DNA of 32,000 bases from Mycobacterium tuberculosis H37Rv (GTDB lineage: Bacteria; Actinomycetota; Actinomycetes; Mycobacteriales; Mycobacteriaceae), in assembly GCF_000195955.2 (NCBI RefSeq), contig NC_000962.3:2340001-2372000 (forward strand), read 5' to 3'. Under the pieces are notes generated by a model. That model saw only the letters and a program-made list of their open reading frames with translations. It searched no databases and had not been told where the DNA came from. Position numbers and translations under genes: made by a program. The number at the start of each line of letters is the position of its first letter. The first letter of the stretch is position 1. This document shows, piece by piece, positions 1-9,333 of this stretch.

Positions 1-874
1 GCGCCCACCGGTAACCACACCCCCTGCCACGCCACCCACCCCAACCGGACCCATCTCCGGTGCCGCGGTCACACCCTCCTCACCCGCAGCAGGCGGCTCA
101 CTAATGTCACCCGTCGTCAACAAATCCACCGCACCAGCCACCACCCAGGCCCAACCCAGCAACCCAACACCACCGCTAGCCAGCGCCACCGCGGCCGCCA
201 CCACCGGCGCCGCAGCCGGAGACACCTCCCGCCGAGCCGCCGAACAACAACGCCTACGCCGCATCCTCGACACCGTCGCCCGCCAAGAACCCGGATTATC
301 GTGGGCTGCCGGGCTACGCGACAACGGCCAAACCACCCTGCTGGTCACCGACCTCGCCAGCGGCTGGATCCCCCCACACATTCGCCTACCCGCCCACATC
401 ACCCTGCTCGAACCGGCCCCCCGACGCCGCCACGCCACCGTCACCGACCTACTGGGCACCACCACCGTAGCCGCGGCACACCACCCCCACGGCTACCTCA
501 GCCAACCCGACCCCGACACACCCGCACTCACCGGCGACCGCACAGCACGCATCGCACCCACAATCGACGAACTCGGACCCACCCTGGTCGAAACGGTACG
601 CCGCCACGACACACTGCCCCCCATCGCCCAAGCCGTAGTAGTGGCCGCCACCCGCAACTACGGCGTCCCCGACAACGAAACCGACCTCCTACACCACAAA
701 ACCACCGAGATCCACCAAGCCGTACTGACCACCTACCCCAACCACGACATCGCCACGGTGGTCGATTGGATGCTGTTGGCGGCGATCAACGCACTGATCG
801 CAGGCGACCAGTCGGGGGCGAACTATCACCTTGCCTGGGCGATCGCCGCGATATCAACGAGGAGATCCAGATGA
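1..874 (+). CDS. C-terminal part of a conserved hypothetical protein (Rv2082-like), 5' truncated by window edge
   Basis: Frame 2 is open from base 2 through the TGA at 872-874 with no stop; the ORF track ATG at 104 is internal to this open frame. Overlaps the next ATG (871) by 4 bp (ATGA). Confidence 0.8.
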   Translation, partial: RPPVTTPPATPPTPTGPISGAAVTPSSPAAGGSLMSPVVNKSTAPATTQAQPSNPTPPLASATAAATTGAAAGDTSRRAAEQQRLRRILDTVARQEPGLSWAAGLRDNGQTTLLVTDLASGWIPPHIRLPAHITLLEPAPRRRHATVTDLLGTTTVAAAHHPHGYLSQPDPDTPALTGDRTARIAPTIDELGPTLVETVRRHDTLPPIAQAVVVAATRNYGVPDNETDLLHHKTTEIHQAVLTTYPNHDIATVVDWMLLAAINALIAGDQSGANYHLAWAIAAISTRRSR

Positions 875-1815
875 CGTCAATCGAATCGCATCCCGAACAA
901 TATTGGGCGGCGGCCGGCAGGCCAGGGCCGGTGCCGCTGGCGCTGGGACCCGTTCATCCCGGTGGACCGACGCTGATCGACCTGCTGATGGCGCTGTTTG
1001 GCTTGTCCACGAACGCCGATCTGGGAGGCGCGAACGCCGACATCGAGGGAGATGACACCGATCGGCGGGCACATGCGGCCGATGCCGCGCGCAAGTTCTC
1101 GGCGAACGAGGCCAATGCGGCGGAGCAGATGCAGGGGGTGGGCGCGCAGGGAATGGCGCAGATGGCGTCAGGCATCGGCGGAGCGCTCAGCGGCGCGCTC
1201 GGCGGCGTCATGGGGCCGCTGACCCAGCTCCCGCAACAGGCGATGCAAGCCGGGCAGGGCGCCATGCAGCCGCTGATGAGTGCAATGCAACAGGCCCAAG
1301 GCGCTGACGGACTGGCGGCCGTGGACGGGGCGCGGCTGCTGGACAGCATCGGGGGCGAGCCCGGTCTTGGCAGCGGTGCAGGTGGCGGTGACGTCGGGGG
1401 CGGGGGCGCTGGCGGCACTACCCCCACCGGCTATCTGGGTCCACCACCCGTACCGACGTCGTCACCGCCGACGACTCCCGCGGGGGCACCGACCAAGTCG
1501 GCGACGATGCCCCCGCCCGGCGGCGCTTCACCTGCCTCAGCGCACATGGGTGCGGCCGGGATGCCGATGGTGCCGCCGGGCGCGATGGGCGCCCGGGGCG
1601 AAGGGAGCGGCCAAGAAAAGCCGGTCGAAAAGCGCCTGACCGCGCCTGCGGTCCCCAATGGCCAGCCGGTCAAGGGCCGCCTGACGGTGCCCCCGAGCGC
1701 ACCGACCACGAAACCCACCGACGGCAAGCCCGTAGTTCGCAGGCGCATCCTGCTGCCCGAGCACAAGGACTTCGGACGCATAGCTCCCGACGAGAAGACC
1801 GATGCCGGTGAGTGA
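871..1815 (+). CDS. Conserved hypothetical Ala/Gly/Pro/Met-rich protein, 314 aa (Rv2083-like)
   Basis: ATGACGTCAATC at 871 overlaps the upstream stop; translation [26 protein letters not shown]... The longer ORF start at 301 runs antiparallel in composition to the Rv2082 frame and is unlikely. Confidence 0.85.
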
Positions 1816-2944
1816 CGATTCGTCGTCGGCGTTCGATCTGATTTGCGCCGAGATCGAACGCCAGTTGCGCGGCGGCGAGCTGCTCATGGATGCCGCAGCA
1901 GCATCCGAATTACTACTCACCGTGCGGTATCAGCTCGATACCCAGCCGCGGCCACTTGTCATCGTGCATGGACCGCTGTTTCAGGCCGTCAAAGCGGCCC
2001 GCGCACAGGTGTACGGACGCCTGATACAGCTGCGACACGCGCGCTGTGAGGTGCTCGATGAGCGATGGCAGCTACGGCCGACGGGTCAGCGCGATGTGCG
2101 CGCACTGCTGATCGATGTGCTGAACGTGTTGTTGGCGGCCATTACCGCCGCAGGCGTGGAACGGGCATACGCGTGCGCGGAGCGGCGGGCGATGGCCGCC
2201 GCGGTTGTCGCCAAGAATTACCGGGACGCGTTGGGTGTCGAGCTGCAGTGCAATTCCGTATGCCGAGCCGCCGCCGAGGCGATCCACGCGCTGGCGCACC
2301 GCACAGGGGCTACCGAGGATGCCGACTGCCTCCCGCCGGTTGATGTGATACACGCCGACGTTACTCGCCGCATGCATGGCGAGGTGGCGACCGACGTTGT
2401 CGCGGCCGGCGAACTGGTGATAGCGGCGCGACACTTGCTGGACCCCATGCCCAGGGGCGAGCTCAGTTACGGCCCACTCCACGAGGGGGGAAATGCGGCC
2501 CGTAAATCGGTCTATCGACGCCTGGTTCAGCTATGGCAAGCGCGCCGGGCTGTTACCGACGGTGACGTCGACCTGCGCGACGCTCGCACGCTGCTGACCG
2601 ATCTGGACAGCATTTTGCGTGAGATGCGCACGGCCGCAACCATTCAACAGAGCGGAACGGCGGGCGATGGCGGCGGCGGTCGTCGCCAAGATTCGCGGCG
2701 ACGCAATGGGCCTCGACGCCCAGCGCGACGCGGTACATCGCGCGGCCGCCGATGCGCTCCACGCGTTGCAATCGGTTGGCATACACCAATAGGCGACCCT
2801 TTGGCAGTTGAGGGTGTAGAGGAGATCGGCGCGTCGTTGCCGGGGCGGGAGTCGACGCCTTCCGATGATGGAGGTTCCCTACACCCATCAGGAAGACCTC
2901 GACGCGTCCATCGCCGCCGGTGGTGCGGGCTTGGCCTGTGCTGA
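1808..2944 (+). CDS. Conserved hypothetical protein (Rv2084-like); probably frameshifted near 2624-2652
   Basis: ORF open 1802-2944 (ATG 1802 or GTG 1808, overlapping the upstream stop). Internal two-fold repeat, see findings; the last ~95 residues look like out-of-frame low-complexity sequence. Confidence 0.6.
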
Positions 2945-3026
2945 CACATGACCGCTTTCCGCCGCCTTGATTGTTGACCGGCACTGGGTTTGGGGGCGGC
3001 CGCGTCACTGTAGGTGAGTATGGGAC

Positions 3027-3332
3027 GTGAGCGACATGTGCGACGTGGTGTCGTTCGTTGGCGCCGCCGAGCGTGTTCTGAGGGCGAGATTTCGGCCGAG
3101 CCCGGAATCTGGCCCCCCAGTTCACGCTCGGCGGTGCGGTTGGTCTCTGGGGATCAGCGCGGAGACGCTGCGCCGGTGGGCAGGTCAAGCCGAGGTCGAT
3201 AGCGGTGTGGTGGCCGGCGTGTCCGCCAGCAGAAGTGGGAGCGTAAAGACCAGCGAGCTTGAGCAAACCATCGAAATACTCAAGGTCGCAACGAGTTTCT
3301 TCGCGCGGAAGTGCGACCCGCGACACCGCTGA
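3027..3332 (+). pseudogene. Transposase OrfA-like fragment (Rv2085-like)
   Basis: 101 aa ORF with the 'S.ETLRRW..QAEVD.G' and 'EILK.A..FFA' motifs of IS3-family OrfA; N-terminal half lacks similarity to a normal OrfA. Confidence 0.7.
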
Positions 3333-3916
3333 TCTGTGCGTTCGGCGACAAGCACAAGCACACCTACGGGGTCACACCGATCTGTCGGGCACTGGCCGTG
3401 CACGGCGTGCAGATCGCCTCGCGCACCTATTTCGCGGATCGCGCGGCAGCGCCTTCGAAACGCGCACTGTGGGACACCACAATCACCGAAATCCTGGCCG
3501 GCTACTACGAACCCGACGCCGAGGGCAAACGCCCACCGGAATGCCTGTACGGCAGCCTGAAGATGTGGGCGCACCTGCAGCGCCAGGGCTTCCGGTGGCC
3601 CTCTGCCACGGTGAAGACGATCATGCGGGCCAACGGTTGGCGCGGAGTGCCCCTCGCAGCGCACATCACACACCACCGAACCAGACCCGGCCGCGGCCCA
3701 GGCCCTAGACCTGGCGGGTCGGCAATGGCGGGCTTTAGCAACGAACCTGCTGGAAGCGGCCGACTTCACCTACGCGCCGATGACGTGGAGTTCCGGCTAC
3801 ACCGCGTTCGTGGTCGACGCCTACGCCGGTGTGATCGCGGGCTGGGAATGCTCGCTGACCAAAGACGCAGCGTTCGTCGAACGCGCATTACGCCACGGCC
3901 TTCCAGACTCACCTAG
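3311..3916 (+). pseudogene. Transposase OrfB-like fragment, frameshifted (Rv2086-like)
   Basis: OrfB-type sequence to about 3640, after which the homologous reading continues in a different frame (RTTEPDPAAAQALDLAGRQW...). Confidence 0.7.
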
Positions 3917-4410
3917 GTCACCCGTTTGGCGGAGCTATTCATCATCGCGACGCCGGAAGTCAGTATACTGCAATATATTTCGGCAAGACACCGATGCTAG
4001 CCGGGCTGCGGCCGTCGATAGGCATTGTTGGCGACGCCCTCGACAACGCCTTATGTGAAACCACGACAGGGCCCCACAGGACCGAATGCAGCCACGGCAG
4101 CCCGTTTCGTAGCGGGCCGATCCGCACCCTGGCTGACCTGGAAGACATCGCCTCGGCGTGGGTGGAGCACACCTGTCACACACAACAAGGTGTGCGAATA
4201 CCCGGGAGGCTTCAACCTGCGTAGTGGGCGGAAGCGTTTCACGACGCGATCGGCTTAGCGTATGCGCGGGCCGATACCACGGGTGCACGCGATCACCTGG
4301 AACTGGTGAGTTGGCTATCGTGGTTTGGTGATTACTTGCGCTTGGGGGCTTGCCGACGGTTGCGCCGGGCGCAAGTGGGGTGCGGTTTTGCGGTTGATGG
4401 ATGGTAGCTG

Positions 4411-6180
4411 GTGGCCCACGAGTTGAGTGCGGGTTCGGTTTTTGCCGGGTACCGGATAGAGCGGATGCTAGGTGCCGGCGGAATGGGCACCGTATATCTG
4501 GCGCGTAATCCCGATCTGCCGCGTAGCGAAGCCTTGAAAGTCCTTGCTGCGGAGTTGTCGCGTGACCTCGATTTTCGGGCACGGTTTGTCCGCGAAGCCG
4601 ATGTGGCCGCGGGGTTGGATCATCCCAACATCGTGGCGGTTCATCAGCGCGGCCAGTTCGAGGGTCGGCTATGGATTGCGATGCAGTTCGTCGATGGCGG
4701 GAACGCTGAGGATGCGCTGCGGGCGGCGACCATGACCACAGCGCGGGCGGTGTACGTGATCGGCGAGGTCGCCAAGGCGCTCGACTATGCGCACCAACAA
4801 GGCGTGATACATCGCGATATCAAGCCGGCGAACTTCTTGTTGTCGCGAGCCGCTGGCGGCGATGAACGAGTGCTGCTAAGCGATTTTGGGATCGCGCGTG
4901 CGCTCGGCGACACGGGACTGACGTCCACCGGTTCGGTGCTGGCCACGTTGGCCTATGCTGCGCCGGAAGTTCTTGCAGGGCAAGGTTTTGATGGCCGGGC
5001 CGATTTGTATTCGTTGGGGTGTGCCCTATTTCGGCTCCTAACCGGTGAGGCGCCGTTTGCCGCCGGTGCTGGAGCGGCGGTGGCAGTGGTGGCGGGTCAT
5101 CTGCACCAACCGCCGCCGACGGTCAGCGATCGCGTGCCAGGGCTGTCGGCGGCGATGGATGCGGTGATCGCCACTGCGATGGCCAAGGATCCCATGCGTC
5201 GGTTCACCTCAGCGGGTGAATTCGCACATGCCGCCGCCGCAGCCCTGTACGGGGGAGCCACCGACGGATGGGTGCCGCCGAGCCCCGCGCCGCACGTCAT
5301 ATCGCAAGGCGCCGTGCCAGGTTCGCCGTGGTGGCAGCATCCGGTCGGGTCAGTGACCGCGTTGGCCACGCCGCCCGGTCACGGTTGGCCGCCAGGCCTG
5401 CCGCCGCTGCCGAGACGACCGCGCCGCTACCGTCGGGGCGTGGCGGCGGTGGCGGCCGTGATGGTGGTGGCCGCCGCGGCCGTCACCGCGGTGACCATGA
5501 CATCGCACCAACCGCGGACCGCGACGCCGCCAAGCGCTGCAGCCCTTTCTCCCACCTCGTCCAGCACAACACCACCGCAACCACCGATCGTGACAAGGTC
5601 GCGCCTACCCGGGTTGTTGCCGCCCCTTGATGACGTCAAAAACTTCGTGGGCATCCAGAACCTGGTCGCCCATGAGCCAATGCTTCAACCCCAGACTCCC
5701 AACGGGTCAATCAACCCCGCGGAGTGCTGGCCGGCGGTTGGGGGTGGCGTTCCTAGCGCCTACGACCTGGGGACCGTCATCGGCTTTTACGGGTTGACAA
5801 TCGACGAGCCGCCCACCGGGACTGCCCCAAATCAAGTGGGGCAACTGATCGTGGCCTTTCGCGACGCGGCCACAGCCCAAAGGCATTTGGCCGATTTGGC
5901 GTCGATCTGGCGCCGATGCGGGGGTCGAACCGTAACACTCTTCCGTAGTGAGTGGCGAAGGCCCGTTGAACTGTCGACGAGCGTTCCCGAAGTCGTTGAT
6001 GGCATCACCACCATGGTGTTGACGGCGCAGGGACCGGTGCTACGAGTCCGCGAAGACCATGCGATCGCCGCGAAGAATAATGTGCTTGTCGATGTCGACA
6101 TCATGACGCCCGACACCAGCCGCGGCCAGCAGGCGGTCATCGGCATCACCAACTACATCCTCGCCAAGATACCCGGCTGA
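4411..6180 (+). CDS. pknJ: Transmembrane serine/threonine-protein kinase PknJ
   Basis: [12 protein letters not shown] glycine loop, ALKVL lysine, [13 protein letters not shown] catalytic loop, [17 protein letters not shown]; single [22 protein letters not shown]; extracellular C-terminal domain. Confidence 0.95.
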
Positions 6181-6196
6181 GCGCGACACCATTGGC

Positions 6197-7324
6197 CTAG
6201 GACACCGGCACCACGATCAACTCGTGCGGGCAGTTGTTGACAGACACAGCACCGTCCTCGGTCACGATCACGATGTCCTCGATGCGGGCGCCCCACCGGC
6301 CCGGGAAATAGATTCCCGGCTCGATGGAAAACGCCATGCCGGGAACCAACACCAGGTCATTGCCGGCGACGATATAGGGCTCCTCGTGCACGCACAGCCC
6401 GATGCCGTGCCCGGTGCGGTGCACAAAATACTCCGCGAGCCCGGCCTCGGCGAGCACGTCACGCGCGGCGGCGTCCACCTGCTCCGCTGTCACCCCTGGG
6501 CGGATGGCCTCGAACGCCGCCCGCTGGGCTCGCTGCAACATCGAATATGACTGCGCTACATCAGAATCAGGCTCGCCGATGCTGTAGGTTCGGGTGGAGT
6601 CGGAGTGGTATCCAGGCCCATACGTGCCGCCGATGTCGACGACAACGATGTCACCCTCCCGCAATTCGCGGTCCGAATATCCGTGATGCGGGTCGGCGCC
6701 GTGCGGCCCGGAACCCACGATGACGAACGCTACCTCCGAATGCCCTTCGGCGACAATTGCTTCGGCGATGTCGGCGGCTACGTCGGCTTCCGTTCGGCCC
6801 GGGACCAGAAACTCCGGCACTCGGGCATGCACTCGATCGATCGCCGCGCCGGCCTTACGCAGCGCGTCGATCTCGGTTTCCTCCTTGACCATCCGCAGCC
6901 TGCGCAGCACGTCGGTGGCCAATACCGGCAGCACACCCAGTGCGTCGGCCAGCGGCAACATGTGCAACGCCGGCATGGAATCGGTGACCGCGGTCGCTAC
7001 CGGAGCTCCGCCCAACACGGCACTCACCAACCCGTAGGGGTCGTCACCGTCGACCCAATCGCACACGCGCAGACCCAATTCCGCTGCGGCGGATTGCTTG
7101 AGGGCGGCGAGCTCCAGCCGCGGCAGCACAACCGCCGGCGCACCGGCGGCCGGCAACACCAACGCGGTGAGCCGCTCGAACGTCTCCGCTCGCGACCCGA
7201 TGAGGTAACACAGGTCGTAGCCGGGAGTTATCACCAGACCCGCCAGACCGGCGTCCGCCGTCGCGGCCGCCGCTAAAGCCAGCCGCCGTGCATAAACCTC
7301 GGCGTCGAATCGGCGAGAACCCAT
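6197..7324 (-). CDS. pepE: Xaa-Pro dipeptidase / M24 metallopeptidase PepE
   Basis: [40 protein letters not shown] and [25 protein letters not shown] motifs; start [15 protein letters not shown] at 7324. The tracked upstream extension to 7582 is only the reverse reading of a tandem repeat. Confidence 0.93.
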   Translation of the reverse strand: MGSRRFDAEVYARRLALAAAATADAGLAGLVITPGYDLCYLIGSRAETFERLTALVLPAAGAPAVVLPRLELAALKQSAAAELGLRVCDWVDGDDPYGLVSAVLGGAPVATAVTDSMPALHMLPLADALGVLPVLATDVLRRLRMVKEETEIDALRKAGAAIDRVHARVPEFLVPGRTEADVAADIAEAIVAEGHSEVAFVIVGSGPHGADPHHGYSDRELREGDIVVVDIGGTYGPGYHSDSTRTYSIGEPDSDVAQSYSMLQRAQRAAFEAIRPGVTAEQVDAAARDVLAEAGLAEYFVHRTGHGIGLCVHEEPYIVAGNDLVLVPGMAFSIEPGIYFPGRWGARIEDIVIVTEDGAVSVNNCPHELIVVPVS

Positions 7325-7372
7325 GTCAGCCAGGTTAACCGCGCGTTCGCGAGCGCTGGCAAGATAGCCCGC

Positions 7373-8554
7373 ATGCCCGCACCCGATCCGATGCGTGGCG
7401 ACCCGCCGCACCCGGCTCCGCCGCGCTTGCGATCGCCACTGGACCCAACAAGTGGCGACCCGCTGCACCCGGCTCCGCCGCGCTTGCGATCGCCACTGGA
7501 CCCAACAAGTGGCGACCCGCTGCACCCGGCTCCGCCGCGCTTGCGATCGCCACTGGACCCAACAAGTGGCGACCCGCTGCACCCGGCTCCGCCGCGCTTG
7601 CGATCGCCACTGGTGCTACTGGACGGCGCCAGCATGTGGTTCCGCTCGTTCTTCGGTGTGCCATCATCGATCACCGCTCCGGATGGCCGGCCGGTCAACG
7701 CCGTACGCGGCTTCATCGACTCCATGGCGGTGGTGATCACACAGCAGCGGCCAAACCGGCTGGCGGTCTGCCTCGACTTGGATTGGCGCCCGCAGTTCCG
7801 GGTGGACCTGATCCCGTCATACAAGGCACACCGGGTGGCTGAGCCTGAGCCCAACGGCCAGCCCGACGTCGAGGAGGTGCCCGACGAGCTGACCCCGCAG
7901 GTCGACATGATCATGGAGTTACTGGACGCGTTCGGGATCGCGATGGCAGGCGCCCCGGGATTCGAAGCCGACGACGTGCTGGGCACGCTGGCAACCCGGG
8001 AGCGCCGCGACCCGGTAATCGTGGTCAGCGGAGACCGCGACCTGCTGCAAGTGGTCGCCGACGATCCGGTCCCGGTCCGGGTGCTCTACCTGGGCCGCGG
8101 CCTTGCCAAGGCCACCTTGTTCGGACCGGCCGAGGTCGCCGAGCGCTACGGGTTGCCGGCACATCGCGCCGGCGCGGCCTACGCCGAACTCGCGCTGCTG
8201 CGTGGCGATCCGTCCGACGGCCTACCCGGCGTGCCAGGCGTCGGCGAGAAGACCGCCGCTACCCTACTGGCCCGACACGGCTCGCTAGATCAGATCATGG
8301 CGGCCGCCGACGACCGCAAGACCACGATGGCCAAGGGCCTACGTACCAAACTGCTTGCCGCGTCGGCCTACATCAAGGCCGCCGACCGGGTGGTGCGGGT
8401 CGCCACCGACGCACCGGTCACGCTGTCGACACCCACCGACAGGTTCCCGCTGGTCGCAGCTGACCCGGAGCGCACCGCCGAGCTGGCGACCCGATTCGGG
8501 GTTGAATCCTCGATCGCGCGACTACAAAAAGCGCTCGACACGCTGCCCGGATGA
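7373..8554 (+). CDS. 5'-3' exonuclease (FEN-like, PolI N-terminal-type domain), Rv2090-like
   Basis: [64 protein letters not shown] motifs. The N-terminus is a repeat-encoded extension; GTG at 7613 is an alternative start. Confidence 0.88.
   Translation: MPAPDPMRGDPPHPAPPRLRSPLDPTSGDPLHPAPPRLRSPLDPTSGDPLHPAPPRLRSPLDPTSGDPLHPAPPRLRSPLVLLDGASMWFRSFFGVPSSITAPDGRPVNAVRGFIDSMAVVITQQRPNRLAVCLDLDWRPQFRVDLIPSYKAHRVAEPEPNGQPDVEEVPDELTPQVDMIMELLDAFGIAMAGAPGFEADDVLGTLATRERRDPVIVVSGDRDLLQVVADDPVPVRVLYLGRGLAKATLFGPAEVAERYGLPAHRAGAAYAELALLRGDPSDGLPGVPGVGEKTAATLLARHGSLDQIMAAADDRKTTMAKGLRTKLLAASAYIKAADRVVRVATDAPVTLSTPTDRFPLVAADPERTAELATRFGVESSIARLQKALDTLPG
7396..7613. repeat. 57-bp tandem repeat (VNTR), about 3.8 copies
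   Basis: Unit TGGCGACCCGCTGCACCCGGCTCCGCCGCGCTTGCGATCGCCACTGGACCCAACAAG at 7396-7452 (1 mismatch), 7453-7509, 7510-7566 and partial 7567-7613. Confidence 0.97.
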
Positions 8555-8557
8555 CGA

Positions 8558-9292
8558 TTACTGTGGCCGGCCGACCTCGTAGGTGCCCTTGTTGTCCTGG
8601 AAGGTCACGGTCACGCGCTTTGAGGTGCCGTCGATGCTCACCGTGCATTCGAAGGTGGCGCCCTTTTTGACCGTGGGGTCTGAACCGTTGTTGCACTTGA
8701 CGTCTTTGACGTTCTTGGCGCCGTACCCCGTGGTCTCATCGGTGAGAACCTGCTGCACACCGGCCTGCGCCTTAATGACGTCCAGCTTGGTGGTGACGAA
8801 GAATCCGGGTGCCCAGAAGCCGAGTATTAGAACCGCGCCGATGAACAGCACGGCCATCACGGCGATCACGCCGCCGATCACCGCAACCGAACGCTTCGAC
8901 CCCTGACCCGACTGGCCATACGGGCCGTATTGCCCGGGGTACTGACCGGGCGGTGCGTACTGGCCGGGCTGGCCGTACTGTCCCGGCTGGCCATATTGGC
9001 CCGGCTGCTGGTATTGGCCGTACTGACCGGGCACGCCGAGCTGGGTGGGCTGTGCACCGAACTGTTCGGGCTGCGCATAGCCGGGTGTGGGCTGCGGGTA
9101 CTGCTGCGGGTACGCCGGGTCAGCCGGCTGTTGGTACTGCGGTGTGTACGCCGGGGCCTGCCACGTCGCCTCCTGGGTCGGCTGCTGCTGCCAGGGATAT
9201 CCCGCGGCCACGGTGGGGTCCGAGGAATGGTCGGCGCCCTGGCCGGGCGGCTGCCACGGCTGCCTTGGGTCCGATCCCTGCGGTCCGCTCAT
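8558..9292 (-). CDS. Proline/glutamine/tyrosine-rich membrane protein (Rv2091c-like)
   Basis: Low-complexity [19 protein letters not shown] region, then [28 protein letters not shown] and a C-terminal extracellular domain with two Cys. Confidence 0.85.
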
Positions 9293-9333
9293 CGCTTCTC
9301 CTCAGTCTGTGTTAACCGTAACTCTGGCCCAGC

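Larger units (their letters stand above)
3027..4227 (+). mobile_element. Degenerate IS3-family insertion element remnant (Rv2085-Rv2087 region)
   Basis: OrfA-like ISAETLRRWAGQAEVDSG...IEILKVATSFFA (3027-3332); OrfB-like FGDKHKHTYGVTPICRALAVHGVQIASRTYF...RANGWRG (3311 frame), LDLAGRQWRALATNLLEAADFTYAPMTWSSGYTAFVVDAYAGVIAGWECS in a second frame, and AIHHRDAGSQYTAIYFGKTPMLAGLRPSIGIVGDALDNALCETT...GPIRTLADLEDIASAWVEH in a third frame. Confidence 0.85.

Noticed and set aside
301-870. Long plus-strand ORF 301-1815 as a 504-aa protein
   Set aside because: The first ~190 codons are an Arg/Pro/His-rich shadow frame of the Rv2082-like gene; the real start is ATG 871.
2553-3326. 257-aa reverse ORF antisense to Rv2084/Rv2085
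   Set aside because: Shadow ORF of GC-rich coding DNA with no recognisable domain and an erratic composition.
6605-7276. 223-aa plus-strand ORF antisense to pepE
   Set aside because: Mirror reading of a strongly supported M24 peptidase gene; no domain and His/Arg-rich third-frame composition.
7396-7613. 57-bp direct repeats as a CRISPR array
   Set aside because: Units are contiguous with no spacers; this is a tandem VNTR.
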